Source: Eledone cirrhosa
Taxonomy: Eukaryota
Reading direction: 5' to 3'
Assembly (NCBI GenBank): GCA_964016885.1
Contig: OZ024749.1
Location: forward strand, 19,344,001-19,408,000
DNA: 64,000 nucleotides
Shown piece by piece: positions 30,101 to 48,100 of the stretch (position 1 is the stretch's first letter; every line of letters starts with the position of its first letter). Position numbers and translations under genes: made by a program. The notes under the pieces were generated by a model. It ran no database searches, had not been told where the DNA came from, and saw only the letters and a list, made by a program, of their open reading frames with translations.

Positions 30101-33100
30101 TACACTGTTAATGACTGTATTTACACTATCTATACACTGTTAATCACTCTATTTACACTATCTATACACTGTTAATGACTGTATTTACACTATCTATACA
30201 TTGTTAATGACTGTATTTACACTATCTATACATTGTTAATGACTGTATTTACACTATCTATACACTGTTAATGACTGTATTTACACTATCTATACACTGT
30301 TAATGACTGTATTTACACTATCTATACATTGTTAATAACTGTATTTACACTATCTATACACTGTTAATAACTGTATTTACACTATCTATACATTGTTAAT
30401 GACTGTATTTACACTATCTATACACTGTTAATGACTGTATTTACACTATCTATACACCGTTAATGACTGTATTTACATTATCTATACACTGTTAATGACT
30501 CTATTTACACTATCTATACACTGTTAATAACTGTATTTACACTATCTATACACTGTTAATAACTGTATTTACACTATCTATACACTGTTAATGACTGTAT
30601 TTACACTATCTATACACTGTTAATGACTGTATTTACACTATCTATACACCGTTAATGACTGTATTTACATTATCGATACACTGTTAATGACTCTATTTAC
30701 ACTATCTATACACCGTTAATGACTGTATTTACATTATCTATACACTGTTAATGACTGTATTTACACTATCTATACACTGTTAATGACTGTATTTACACTA
30801 TCTATACACCGTTAATGACTGTATTTACACTATCTATACACTGTTACTGACTGTATTTACACTATCTATACACTGTTAATAACTGTATTTACACTATCTA
30901 TACGCTGTTATTGACTGTATTTACACTATCTATACACTGTTAATAACTGTATTTACACTATCCATACACTGTTAATAACTGTATTTACACTATCTATACA
31001 CTGTTAATAACTGTATTTACACTATCTATACATTGTTAATGACTGTATTTACACTATCTATACACTGTTATTGACTGTATTTACACTATCTATACACTGT
31101 TAATAACTGTATTTACACTATCTATACATTGTTAATAACTGTATTTACACTATCTATACACTGTTAATGACTGTATTTACACTATCTATACACTGTTAAT
31201 GACTGTATTTACACTATCTATACACTGTTAATAACTGTATTTACACTATCTATACATTGTTAATAACTGTATTTACACTATCTATACATTGTTAATGACT
31301 GTATTTACACTATCTATACACTGTTAATGACTGTATTTACACTATCTATACACTGTTAATAACTGTATTTACACTATCTATACACTGTTAATGACTGTAT
31401 TTACACTATCTATACACTGTTAATGACTGTATTTACACTATCTATACACCGTTAATGACTGTATTTACATTATCTATACACTGTTAATGACTGTATTTAC
31501 ACTATCTATACACTGTTAATGACTGTATTTACACTATCTATACACTGTTAATAACTGTATTTACACTGTTAATAACTGTATTTACACTATCTATACACTG
31601 TTAATGACTGTATTTACACTATCTATACATTGTTAATGACTGTATTTACACTATCTATACATTGTTAATGACTGTATTTACACTATCTATACATTGTTAA
31701 TGACTGTATTTACACTATACACTGTTAATGACTGTATTTACACTATCTATACATTGTTAATGACTGTATTTACACTATCTATACACTGTTAATGACTGCA
31801 TTTACACTATCTATACACTGTTAATGACTGTATTTACACTATCTAAACACTGTTAATGACTGTATTTACACTATCTATACACTGTTAATGACTGTATTTA
31901 CACTATCTATACACTGTTAATGACTGTATTTACACTATCTATACACCGTTAATGACTGTATTTATGCTATCTATACACTGTTAATGACTGTATTAACATT
32001 ATCTATACACTGTTAATGACTGTATTTACACTATCTATACACTGTTAATGACTGTATTTACACTATCTATACACTGTTAATGACTGTATTTACACTATCT
32101 ATACATTGTTAATGACTGTATTTACACTATCTATACACTGTTAATGACTGTATTTACACTATCTATACACTGTTAATGACTGTATTTACACTATCTATAC
32201 ACTGTTAATGACTGTATTTACACTATCTATACACTGTTTATGACTGTATTTACACTATCTATACACTGTTAATGACTGTATTTACACTATCTATACACTG
32301 TTAATGACTGTATTTACACTATCTATACACCGTTAATGACTGTATTTACACTATCTATACACTGTTAATGACTGTATTAACATTATCTATACACTGTTAA
32401 TGACTATTTACACTATCTATACACCGTTAATGACTGTATTTACACTATCTATACACCGTTAATGACTGTATTTACACTATCTATACACTGTTAATGACTG
32501 TATTTACACTATCTATACACCGTTAATGACTGTATTTACACTATCTATACACTGTTAATGACTGTATTTACACTATCTATACACTGTTAATAACTGTATT
32601 TACACTATCTATACACTGTTAATAACTGTATTTACACTATCTATACACTGTTAATAACTGTATTTACACTATCTATACACTGTTAATAACTGTATTTACA
32701 CTATCTATACATTGTTAATGACTGTATTTACACTATCTATACACTGTTAATAACTGTATTTACACTATCTATACACTGTTAATAACTGTATTTACACTAT
32801 CTATACACTGTTAATAACTGTATTTACACTATCTATACACTGTTAATGACTGTATTTACACTATCTATACATTGTTAATGACTGTATTTACACTATCTAT
32901 ACATTGTTAATGACTGTATTTACACTATCTATACATTGTTAATGACTGTATTTACACTATCTATGCACTGTTAATGACTGGATTTACACTATCTATACAC
33001 TGTTAATGACTGTATTTACACTATCTATACATTGTTAATGACTGTATTTACACTATCTATACACTGTTAATCACTGTATTTACACTATCTATACACTGTT

Positions 33101-36100
33101 AATGACTGTATTTACACTATCTATACACTGTTAATCACTCTATTTACACTATCTATACACTGTTAATGACTGTATTTACACTATCTATACATTGTTAATG
33201 ACTGTATTTACACTATCTATACATTGTTAATGACTGTATTTACACTATCTATACACTGTTAATGACTGTATTTACACTATCTATACACTGTTAATGACTG
33301 TATTTACACTATCTATACATTGTTAATGACTGTATTTACACTATCTATACACTGTTAATGACTGTATTTACACTATCTATACACTGTTAATGACTGTATT
33401 TACACTATCTATACATTGTTAATGACTGTATTTACACTATCTATACACTGTTAATGACTGTATTTACACTATCTATACACTGTTAATGACTGTATTTACG
33501 CTATCTATACACTGTTAATGACTGTATTTACACTATCTATACACTGTTAATGACTGTATTTACACTATCTATACACTGTTAATAACTGTATTTACACTAT
33601 CTATACACTGTTAATAACTGTATTTACACTATCTATACACTGTTAATGACTGTATTTACACTATCTATACACTGTTAATGACTGTATTTACACTATCTAT
33701 ACACCGTTAATGACTGTATTTACATTATCTATACACTGTTAATGACTCTATTTACACTATCTATACACCGTTAATGACTGTATTTACATTATCTATACAC
33801 TGTTAATGACTGTATTTACACTATCTATACACTGTTAATGACTGTATTTACACTATCTATACACCGTTAATGACTGTATTTACACTATCTATACACTGTT
33901 ACTGACTGTATTTACACTATCTATACACTGTTAATAACTGTATTTACACTATCTATACACTGTTATTGACTGTATTTACACTATCTATACACTGTTAATA
34001 ACTGTATTTACACTATCCATACACTGTTAATAACTGTATTTACACTATCTATACACTGTTAATAACTGTATTTACACTATCTATACATTGTTAATAACTG
34101 TATTTACACTATCTATACACTGTTAATGACTGTATTTACACTATCTATACACTGTTAATGACTGTATTTACACTATCTATACACTGTTAATAACTGTATT
34201 TACACTATCTATACATTGTTAATAACTGTATTTACACTATCTATACATTGTTAATGACTGTATTTACACTATCTATACACTGTTAATGACTGTATTTACA
34301 CTATCTATACACTGTTTATGACTGTATTTACACTATCTATACACTGTTAATGACTGTATTTACACTATCTATACACTGTTAATGACTGTATTTACACTAT
34401 CTATACACCGTTAATGACTGTATTTAAACTATCTATACACTGTTAATGACTGTATTAACATTATCTATACACTGTTAATGACTATTTACACTATCTATAC
34501 ACCGTTAATGACTGTATTTACACTATCTATACACCGTTAATGACTGTATTTACACTATCTATACACTGTTAATGACTGTATTTACACTATCTATACACCG
34601 TTAATGACTGTATTTACACTATCTATACACTGTTAATGACTGTATTTACACTATCTATACACTGTTAATAACTGTATTTACATTATCGATACACTGTTAA
34701 TGACTCTATTTACACTATCTATACACCGTTAATGACTGTATTTACATTATCTATACACTGTTAATAACTGTATTTACACTATCTATACACTGTTAATAAC
34801 TGTATTTACACTATCTATACACTGTTAATAACTGTATTTACACTATCTATACATTGTTAATGACTGTATTTACACTATCTATACACTGTTAATAACTGTA
34901 TTTACACTATCTATACACTGTTAATGACTGTATTTACACTATCTATACACTGTTAATAACTGTATTTACACTATCTATACACTGTTAATAACTGTATTTA
35001 CACTATCTATACACTGTTAATAACTGTATTTACACTATCTATACACTGTTAATGACTGTATTTACACTATCTATACATTGTTAATGACTGTATTTACACT
35101 ATCTATACATTGTTAATGACTGTATTTACACTATCTATACATTGTTAATGACTGTATTTACACTATCTATGCACTGTTAATGACTGGATTTACACTATCT
35201 ATACACTGTTAATGACTGTATTTACACTATCTATACATTGTTAATGACTGTATTTACACTATCTATACACTGTTATTGACTGTATTTACACTATCTATAC
35301 ACTGTTAATAACTGTATTTACACTATCTATACATTGTTAATAACTGTATTTACACTATCTATACACTGTTAATGACTGTATTTACACTATCTATACACTG
35401 TTAATGACTGTATTTACACTATCTATACACTGTTAATAACTGTATTTACACTATCTATACATTGTTAATAACTGTATTTACACTATCTATACATTGTTAA
35501 TGACTGTATTTACACTATCTATACACTGTTAATGACTGTATTTACACTATCTATACACTGTTAATAACTGTATTTACACTATCTATACACTGTTAATGAC
35601 TGTATTTACACTATCTATACACTGTTAATGACTGTATTTACACTATCTATACACCGTTAATGACTGTATTTACATTATCTATACACTGTTAATGACTGTA
35701 TTTACACTATCTATACACTGTTAATGACTGTATTTACACTATCTATACACTGTTAATAACTGTATTTACACTGTTAATAACTGTATTTACACTATCTATA
35801 CACTGTTAATGACTGTATTTACACTATCTATACATTGTTAATGACTGTATTTACACTATCTATACATTGTTAATGACTGTATTTACACTATCTATACATT
35901 GTTAATGACTGTATTTACACTATACACTGTTAATGACTGTATTTACACTATCTATACATTGTTAATGACTGTATTTACACTATCTATACACTGTTAATGA
36001 CTGCATTTACACTATCTATACACTGTTAATGACTGTATTTACACTATCTAAACACTGTTAATGACTGTATTTACACTATCTATACACTGTTAATGACTGT

Positions 36101-39100
36101 ATTTACACTATCTATACACTGTTAATGACTGTATTTACACTATCTATACACCGTTAATGACTGTATTTATGCTATCTATACACTGTTAATGACTGTATTA
36201 ACATTATCTATACACTGTTAATGACTGTATTTACACTATCTATACACTGTTAATGACTGTATTTACACTATCTATACACTGTTAATGACTGTATTTACAC
36301 TATCTATACATTGTTAATGACTGTATTTACACTATCTATACACTGTTAATGACTGTATTTACACTATCTATACACTGTTAATGACTGCATTTACACTATC
36401 TATACACTGTTAATGACTGTATTTACACTATCTAAACACTGTTAATGACTGTATTTACACTATCTATACACTGTTAATGACTGTATTTACACTATCTATA
36501 CACTGTTAATGACTGTATTTACACTATCTATACACCGTTAATGACTGTATTTATGCTATCTATACACTGTTAATGACTGTATTAACATTATCTATACACT
36601 GTTAATGACTGTATTTACACTATCTATACACTGTTAATGACTGTATTTACACTATCTATACACTGTTAATGACTGTATTTACACTATCTATACATTGTTA
36701 ATGACTGTATTTACACTATCTATACACTGTTAATGACTGTATTTACACTATCTATACACTGTTAATGACTGTATTTACACTATCTATACACTGTTTATGA
36801 CTGTATTTACACTATCTATACACTGTTAATGACTGTATTTACACTATCTATACACTGTTAATGACTGTATTTACACTATCTATACACCGTTAATGACTGT
36901 ATTTAAACTATCTATACACTGTTAATGACTGTATTAACATTATCTATACACTGTTAATGACTATTTACACTATCTATACACCGTTAATGACTGTATTTAC
37001 ACTATCTATACACCGTTAATGACTGTATTTACACTATCTATACACTGTTAATGACTGTATTTACACTATCTATACACCGTTAATGACTGTATTTACACTA
37101 TCTATACACTGTTAATGACTGTATTTACACTATCTATACACTGTTAATAACTGTATTTACATTATCGATACACTGTTAATGACTCTATTTACACTATCTA
37201 TACACCGTTAATGACTGTATTTACATTATCTATACACTGTTAATAACTGTATTTACACTATCTATACACTGTTAATAACTGTATTTACACTATCTATACA
37301 CTGTTAATAACTGTATTTACACTATCTATACATTGTTAATGACTGTATTTACACTATCTATACACTGTTAATAACTGTATTTACACTATCTATACACTGT
37401 TAATGACTGTATTTACACTATCTATACACTGTTAATAACTGTATTTACACTATCTATACACTGTTAATAACTGTATTTACACTATCTATACACTGTTAAT
37501 AACTGTATTTACACTATCTATACACTGTTAATGACTGTATTTACACTATCTATACATTGTTAATGACTGTATTTACACTATCTATACATTGTTAATGACT
37601 GTATTTACACTATCTATACATTGTTAATGACTGTATTTACACTATCTATGCACTGTTAATGACTGGATTTACACTATCTATACACTGTTAATGACTGTAT
37701 TTACACTATCTATACATTGTTAATGACTGTATTTACACTATCTATACACTGTTAATCACTGTATTTACACTATCTATACACTGTTAATGACTGTATTTAC
37801 ACTATCTATACACTGTTAATCACTCTATTTACACTATCTATACACTGTTAATGACTGTATTTACACTATCTATACATTGTTAATGACTGTATTTACACTA
37901 TCTATACATTGTTAATGACTGTATTTACACTATCTATACACTGTTAATGACTGTATTTACACTATCTATACACTGTTAATGACTGTATTTACACTATCTA
38001 TACATTGTTAATAACTGTATTTACACTATCTATACACTGTTAATAACTGTATTTACACTATCTATACATTGTTAATGACTGTATTTACACTATCTATACA
38101 CTGTTAATGACTGTATTTACACTATCTATACACCGTTAATGACTGTATTTACATTATCTATACACTGTTAATGACTCTATTTACACTATCTATACACTGT
38201 TAATAACTGTATTTACACTATCTATACACTGTTAATAACTGTATTTACACTATCTATACACTGTTAATGACTGTATTTACACTATCTATACACTGTTAAT
38301 GACTGTATTTACACTATCTATACACCGTTAATGACTGTATTTACATTATCGATACACTGTTAATGACTCTATTTACACTATCTATACACCGTTAATGACT
38401 GTATTTACATTATCTATACACTGTTAATGACTGTATTTACACTATCTATACACTGTTAATGACTGTATTTACACTATCTATACACCGTTAATGACTGTAT
38501 TTACACTATCTATACACTGTTACTGACTGTATTTACACTATCTATACACTGTTAATAACTGTATTTACACTATCTATACGCTGTTATTGACTGTATTTAC
38601 ACTATCTATACACTGTTAATAACTGTATTTACACTATCCATACACTGTTAATAACTGTATTTACACTATCTATACACTGTTAATAACTGTATTTACACTA
38701 TCTATACATTGTTAATGACTGTATTTACACTATCTATACACTGTTATTGACTGTATTTACACTATCTATACACTGTTAATAACTGTATTTACACTATCTA
38801 TACATTGTTAATAACTGTATTTACACTATCTATACACTGTTAATGACTGTATTTACACTATCTATACACTGTTAATGACTGTATTTACACTATCTATACA
38901 CTGTTAATAACTGTATTTACACTATCTATACATTGTTAATAACTGTATTTACACTATCTATACATTGTTAATGACTGTATTTACACTATCTATACACTGT
39001 TAATGACTGTATTTACACTATCTATACACTGTTAATAACTGTATTTACACTATCTATACACTGTTAATGACTGTATTTACACTATCTATACACTGTTAAT

Positions 39101-42100
39101 GACTGTATTTACACTATCTATACACCGTTAATGACTGTATTTACATTATCTATACACTGTTAATGACTGTATTTACACTATCTATACACTGTTAATGACT
39201 GTATTTACACTATCTATACACTGTTAATAACTGTATTTACACTGTTAATAACTGTATTTACACTATCTATACACTGTTAATGACTGTATTTACACTATCT
39301 ATACATTGTTAATGACTGTATTTACACTATCTATACATTGTTAATGACTGTATTTACACTATCTATACATTGTTAATGACTGTATTTACACTATACACTG
39401 TTAATGACTGTATTTACACTATCTATACATTGTTAATGACTGTATTTACACTATCTATACACTGTTAATGACTGCATTTACACTATCTATACACTGTTAA
39501 TGACTGTATTTACACTATCTAAACACTGTTAATGACTGTATTTACACTATCTATACACTGTTAATGACTGTATTTACACTATCTATACACTGTTAATGAC
39601 TGTATTTACACTATCTATACACCGTTAATGACTGTATTTATGCTATCTATACACTGTTAATGACTGTATTAACATTATCTATACACTGTTAATGACTGTA
39701 TTTACACTATCTATACACTGTTAATGACTGTATTTACACTATCTATACACTGTTAATGACTGTATTTACACTATCTATACATTGTTAATGACTGTATTTA
39801 CACTATCTATACACTGTTAATGACTGTATTTACACTATCTATACACTGTTAATGACTGTATTTACACTATCTATACACTGTTAATGACTGTATTTACACT
39901 ATCTATACACTGTTTATGACTGTATTTACACTATCTATACACTGTTAATGACTGTATTTACACTATCTATACACTGTTAATGACTGTATTTACACTATCT
40001 ATACACCGTTAATGACTGTATTTACACTATCTATACACTGTTAATGACTGTATTAACATTATCTATACACTGTTAATGACTATTTACACTATCTATACAC
40101 CGTTAATGACTGTATTTACACTATCTATACACCGTTAATGACTGTATTTACACTATCTATACACTGTTAATGACTGTATTTACACTATCTATACACCGTT
40201 AATGACTGTATTTACACTATCTATACACTGTTAATGACTGTATTTACACTATCTATACACTGTTAATAACTGTATTTACACTATCTATACACTGTTAATA
40301 ACTGTATTTACACTATCTATACACTGTTAATAACTGTATTTACACTATCTATACACTGTTAATAACTGTATTTACACTATCTATACATTGTTAATGACTG
40401 TATTTACACTATCTATACACTGTTAATAACTGTATTTACACTATCTATACACTGTTAATAACTGTATTTACACTATCTATACACTGTTAATAACTGTATT
40501 TACACTATCTATACACTGTTAATGACTGTATTTACACTATCTATACATTGTTAATGACTGTATTTACACTATCTATACATTGTTAATGACTGTATTTACA
40601 CTATCTATACATTGTTAATGACTGTATTTACACTATCTATGCACTGTTAATGACTGGATTTACACTATCTATACACTGTTAATGACTGTATTTACACTAT
40701 CTATACATTGTTAATGACTGTATTTACACTATCTATACACTGTTAATCACTGTATTTACACTATCTATACACTGTTAATGACTGTATTTACACTATCTAT
40801 ACACTGTTAATCACTCTATTTACACTATCTATACACTGTTAATGACTGTATTTACACTATCTATACATTGTTAATGACTGTATTTACACTATCTATACAT
40901 TGTTAATGACTGTATTTACACTATCTATACACTGTTAATGACTGTATTTACACTATCTATACACTGTTAATGACTGTATTTACACTATCTATACATTGTT
41001 AATGACTGTATTTACACTATCTATACACTGTTAATGACTGTATTTACACTATCTATACACTGTTAATGACTGTATTTACACTATCTATACATTGTTAATG
41101 ACTGTATTTACACTATCTATACACTGTTAATGACTGTATTTACACTATCTATACACTGTTAATGACTGTATTTACGCTATCTATACACTGTTAATGACTG
41201 TATTTACACTATCTATACACTGTTAATGACTGTATTTACACTATCTATACACTGTTAATAACTGTATTTACACTATCTATACACTGTTAATAACTGTATT
41301 TACACTATCTATACACTGTTAATGACTGTATTTACACTATCTATACACTGTTAATGACTGTATTTACACTATCTATACACCGTTAATGACTGTATTTACA
41401 TTATCTATACACTGTTAATGACTCTATTTACACTATCTATACACCGTTAATGACTGTATTTACATTATCTATACACTGTTAATGACTGTATTTACACTAT
41501 CTATACACTGTTAATGACTGTATTTACACTATCTATACACCGTTAATGACTGTATTTACACTATCTATACACTGTTACTGACTGTATTTACACTATCTAT
41601 ACACTGTTAATAACTGTATTTACACTATCTATACACTGTTATTGACTGTATTTACACTATCTATACACTGTTAATAACTGTATTTACACTATCCATACAC
41701 TGTTAATAACTGTATTTACACTATCTATACACTGTTAATAACTGTATTTACACTATCTATACATTGTTAATAACTGTATTTACACTATCTATACACTGTT
41801 AATGACTGTATTTACACTATCTATACACTGTTAATGACTGTATTTACACTATCTATACACTGTTAATAACTGTATTTACACTATCTATACATTGTTAATA
41901 ACTGTATTTACACTATCTATACATTGTTAATGACTGTATTTACACTATCTATACACTGTTAATGACTGTATTTACACTATCTATACACTGTTTATGACTG
42001 TATTTACACTATCTATACACTGTTAATGACTGTATTTACACTATCTATACACTGTTAATGACTGTATTTACACTATCTATACACCGTTAATGACTGTATT

Positions 42101-45100
42101 TAAACTATCTATACACTGTTAATGACTGTATTAACATTATCTATACACTGTTAATGACTATTTACACTATCTATACACCGTTAATGACTGTATTTACACT
42201 ATCTATACACCGTTAATGACTGTATTTACACTATCTATACACTGTTAATGACTGTATTTACACTATCTATACACCGTTAATGACTGTATTTACACTATCT
42301 ATACACTGTTAATGACTGTATTTACACTATCTATACACTGTTAATAACTGTATTTACATTATCGATACACTGTTAATGACTCTATTTACACTATCTATAC
42401 ACCGTTAATGACTGTATTTACATTATCTATACACTGTTAATAACTGTATTTACACTATCTATACACTGTTAATAACTGTATTTACACTATCTATACACTG
42501 TTAATAACTGTATTTACACTATCTATACATTGTTAATGACTGTATTTACACTATCTATACACTGTTAATAACTGTATTTACACTATCTATACACTGTTAA
42601 TGACTGTATTTACACTATCTATACACTGTTAATAACTGTATTTACACTATCTATACACTGTTAATAACTGTATTTACACTATCTATACACTGTTAATAAC
42701 TGTATTTACACTATCTATACACTGTTAATGACTGTATTTACACTATCTATACATTGTTAATGACTGTATTTACACTATCTATACATTGTTAATGACTGTA
42801 TTTACACTATCTATACATTGTTAATGACTGTATTTACACTATCTATGCACTGTTAATGACTGGATTTACACTATCTATACACTGTTAATGACTGTATTTA
42901 CACTATCTATACATTGTTAATGACTGTATTTACACTATCTATACACTGTTAATCACTGTATTTACACTATCTATACACTGTTAATGACTGTATTTACACT
43001 ATCTATACACTGTTAATCACTCTATTTACACTATCTATACACTGTTAATGACTGTATTTACACTATCTATACATTGTTAATGACTGTATTTACACTATCT
43101 ATACATTGTTAATGACTGTATTTACACTATCTATACACTGTTAATGACTGTATTTACACTATCTATACACTGTTAATGACTGTATTTACACTATCTATAC
43201 ATTGTTAATAACTGTATTTACACTATCTATACACTGTTAATAACTGTATTTACACTATCTATACATTGTTAATGACTGTATTTACACTATCTATACACTG
43301 TTAATGACTGTATTTACACTATCTATACACCGTTAATGACTGTATTTACATTATCTATACACTGTTAATGACTCTATTTACACTATCTATACACTGTTAA
43401 TAACTGTATTTACACTATCTATACACTGTTAATAACTGTATTTACACTATCTATACACTGTTAATGACTGTATTTACACTATCTATACACTGTTAATGAC
43501 TGTATTTACACTATCTATACACCGTTAATGACTGTATTTACATTATCGATACACTGTTAATGACTCTATTTACACTATCTATACACCGTTAATGACTGTA
43601 TTTACATTATCTATACACTGTTAATGACTGTATTTACACTATCTATACACTGTTAATGACTGTATTTACACTATCTATACACCGTTAATGACTGTATTTA
43701 CACTATCTATACACTGTTACTGACTGTATTTACACTATCTATACACTGTTAATAACTGTATTTACACTATCTATACGCTGTTATTGACTGTATTTACACT
43801 ATCTATACACTGTTAATAACTGTATTTACACTATCCATACACTGTTAATAACTGTATTTACACTATCTATACACTGTTAATAACTGTATTTACACTATCT
43901 ATACATTGTTAATGACTGTATTTACACTATCTATACACTGTTATTGACTGTATTTACACTATCTATACACTGTTAATAACTGTATTTACACTATCTATAC
44001 ATTGTTAATAACTGTATTTACACTATCTATACACTGTTAATGACTGTATTTACACTATCTATACACTGTTAATGACTGTATTTACACTATCTATACACTG
44101 TTAATAACTGTATTTACACTATCTATACATTGTTAATAACTGTATTTACACTATCTATACATTGTTAATGACTGTATTTACACTATCTATACACTGTTAA
44201 TGACTGTATTTACACTATCTATACACTGTTAATAACTGTATTTACACTATCTATACACTGTTAATGACTGTATTTACACTATCTATACACTGTTAATGAC
44301 TGTATTTACACTATCTATACACCGTTAATGACTGTATTTACATTATCTATACACTGTTAATGACTGTATTTACACTATCTATACACTGTTAATGACTGTA
44401 TTTACACTATCTATACACTGTTAATAACTGTATTTACACTGTTAATAACTGTATTTACACTATCTATACACTGTTAATGACTGTATTTACACTATCTATA
44501 CATTGTTAATGACTGTATTTACACTATCTATACATTGTTAATGACTGTATTTACACTATCTATACATTGTTAATGACTGTATTTACACTATACACTGTTA
44601 ATGACTGTATTTACACTATCTATACATTGTTAATGACTGTATTTACACTATCTATACACTGTTAATGACTGCATTTACACTATCTATACACTGTTAATGA
44701 CTGTATTTACACTATCTAAACACTGTTAATGACTGTATTTACACTATCTATACACTGTTAATGACTGTATTTACACTATCTATACACTGTTAATGACTGT
44801 ATTTACACTATCTATACACCGTTAATGACTGTATTTATGCTATCTATACACTGTTAATGACTGTATTAACATTATCTATACACTGTTAATGACTGTATTT
44901 ACACTATCTATACACTGTTAATGACTGTATTTACACTATCTATACACTGTTAATGACTGTATTTACACTATCTATACATTGTTAATGACTGTATTTACAC
45001 TATCTATACACTGTTAATGACTGTATTTACACTATCTATACACTGTTAATGACTGTATTTACACTATCTATACACTGTTAATGACTGTATTTACACTATC

Positions 45101-48100
45101 TATACACTGTTTATGACTGTATTTACACTATCTATACACTGTTAATGACTGTATTTACACTATCTATACACTGTTAATGACTGTATTTACACTATCTATA
45201 CACCGTTAATGACTGTATTTACACTATCTATACACTGTTAATGACTGTATTAACATTATCTATACACTGTTAATGACTATTTACACTATCTATACACCGT
45301 TAATGACTGTATTTACACTATCTATACACCGTTAATGACTGTATTTACACTATCTATACACTGTTAATGACTGTATTTACACTATCTATACACCGTTAAT
45401 GACTGTATTTACACTATCTATACACTGTTAATGACTGTATTTACACTATCTATACACTGTTAATAACTGTATTTACACTATCTATACACTGTTAATAACT
45501 GTATTTACACTATCTATACACTGTTAATAACTGTATTTACACTATCTATACACTGTTAATAACTGTATTTACACTATCTATACATTGTTAATGACTGTAT
45601 TTACACTATCTATACACTGTTAATAACTGTATTTACACTATCTATACACTGTTAATAACTGTATTTACACTATCTATACACTGTTAATAACTGTATTTAC
45701 ACTATCTATACACTGTTAATGACTGTATTTACACTATCTATACATTGTTAATGACTGTATTTACACTATCTATACATTGTTAATGACTGTATTTACACTA
45801 TCTATACATTGTTAATGACTGTATTTACACTATCTATGCACTGTTAATGACTGGATTTACACTATCTATACACTGTTAATGACTGTATTTACACTATCTA
45901 TACATTGTTAATGACTGTATTTACACTATCTATACACTGTTAATCACTGTATTTACACTATCTATACACTGTTAATGACTGTATTTACACTATCTATACA
46001 CTGTTAATCACTCTATTTACACTATCTATACACTGTTAATGACTGTATTTACACTATCTATACATTGTTAATGACTGTATTTACACTATCTATACATTGT
46101 TAATGACTGTATTTACACTATCTATACACTGTTAATGACTGTATTTACACTATCTATACACTGTTAATGACTGTATTTACACTATCTATACATTGTTAAT
46201 GACTGTATTTACACTATCTATACACTGTTAATGACTGTATTTACACTATCTATACACTGTTAATGACTGTATTTACACTATCTATACATTGTTAATGACT
46301 GTATTTACACTATCTATACACTGTTAATGACTGTATTTACACTATCTATACACTGTTAATGACTGTATTTACGCTATCTATACACTGTTAATGACTGTAT
46401 TTACACTATCTATACACTGTTAATGACTGTATTTACACTATCTATACACTGTTAATAACTGTATTTACACTATCTATACACTGTTAATAACTGTATTTAC
46501 ACTATCTATACACTGTTAATGACTGTATTTACACTATCTATACACTGTTAATGACTGTATTTACACTATCTATACACCGTTAATGACTGTATTTACATTA
46601 TCTATACACTGTTAATGACTCTATTTACACTATCTATACACCGTTAATGACTGTATTTACATTATCTATACACTGTTAATGACTGTATTTACACTATCTA
46701 TACACTGTTAATGACTGTATTTACACTATCTATACACCGTTAATGACTGTATTTACACTATCTATACACTGTTACTGACTGTATTTACACTATCTATACA
46801 CTGTTAATAACTGTATTTACACTATCTATACACTGTTATTGACTGTATTTACACTATCTATACACTGTTAATAACTGTATTTACACTATCCATACACTGT
46901 TAATAACTGTATTTACACTATCTATACACTGTTAATAACTGTATTTACACTATCTATACATTGTTAATAACTGTATTTACACTATCTATACACTGTTAAT
47001 GACTGTATTTACACTATCTATACACTGTTAATGACTGTATTTACACTATCTATACACTGTTAATAACTGTATTTACACTATCTATACATTGTTAATAACT
47101 GTATTTACACTATCTATACATTGTTAATGACTGTATTTACACTATCTATACACTGTTAATGACTGTATTTACACTATCTATACACTGTTAATAACTGTAT
47201 TTACACTATCTATACACTGTTAATGACTGTATTTACACTATCTATACACTGTTAATGACTGTATTTACACTATCTATACACCGTTAATGACTATTTACAT
47301 TATCTATACACTGTTAATGACTGTATTTACACTATCTATACACTGTTAATGACTGTATTTACACTATCTATACACTGTTAATAACTGTATTTACACTGTT
47401 AATAACTGTATTTACACTATCTATACACTGTTAATGACTGTATTTACACTATCTATACATTGTTAATGACTGTATTTACACTATCTATACATTGTTAATG
47501 ACTGTATTTACACTATCTATACATTGTTAATGACTGTATTTACACTATCTATACACTGTTAATGACTGTATTTACACTATCTATACATTGTTAATGACTG
47601 TATTTACACTATCTATACATTGTTAATGACTGTATTTACACTATCTATACACTGTTAATGACTGCATTTACACTATCTATACACTGTTAATGACTGTATT
47701 TACACTATCTATACACTGTTAATGACTGTATTTACACTATCTATACACTGTTAATGACTGTATTTACACTATCTATACACTGTTAATGACTGTATTTACA
47801 CTATCTATACACCGTTAATGACTGTATTTATGCTATCTATACACTGTTAATGACTGTATTAACATTATCTATACACTGTTAATGACTGTATTTACACTAT
47901 CTATACACTGTTAATGACTGTATTTACACTATCTATACACTGTTAATGACTGTATTTACACTATCTATACATTGTTAATGACTGTATTTACACTATCTAT
48001 ACACTGTTAATGACTGTATTTACACTATCTATACACTGTTAATGACTGTATTTACACTATCTATACACTGTTAATGACTGTATTTACACTATCTATACAC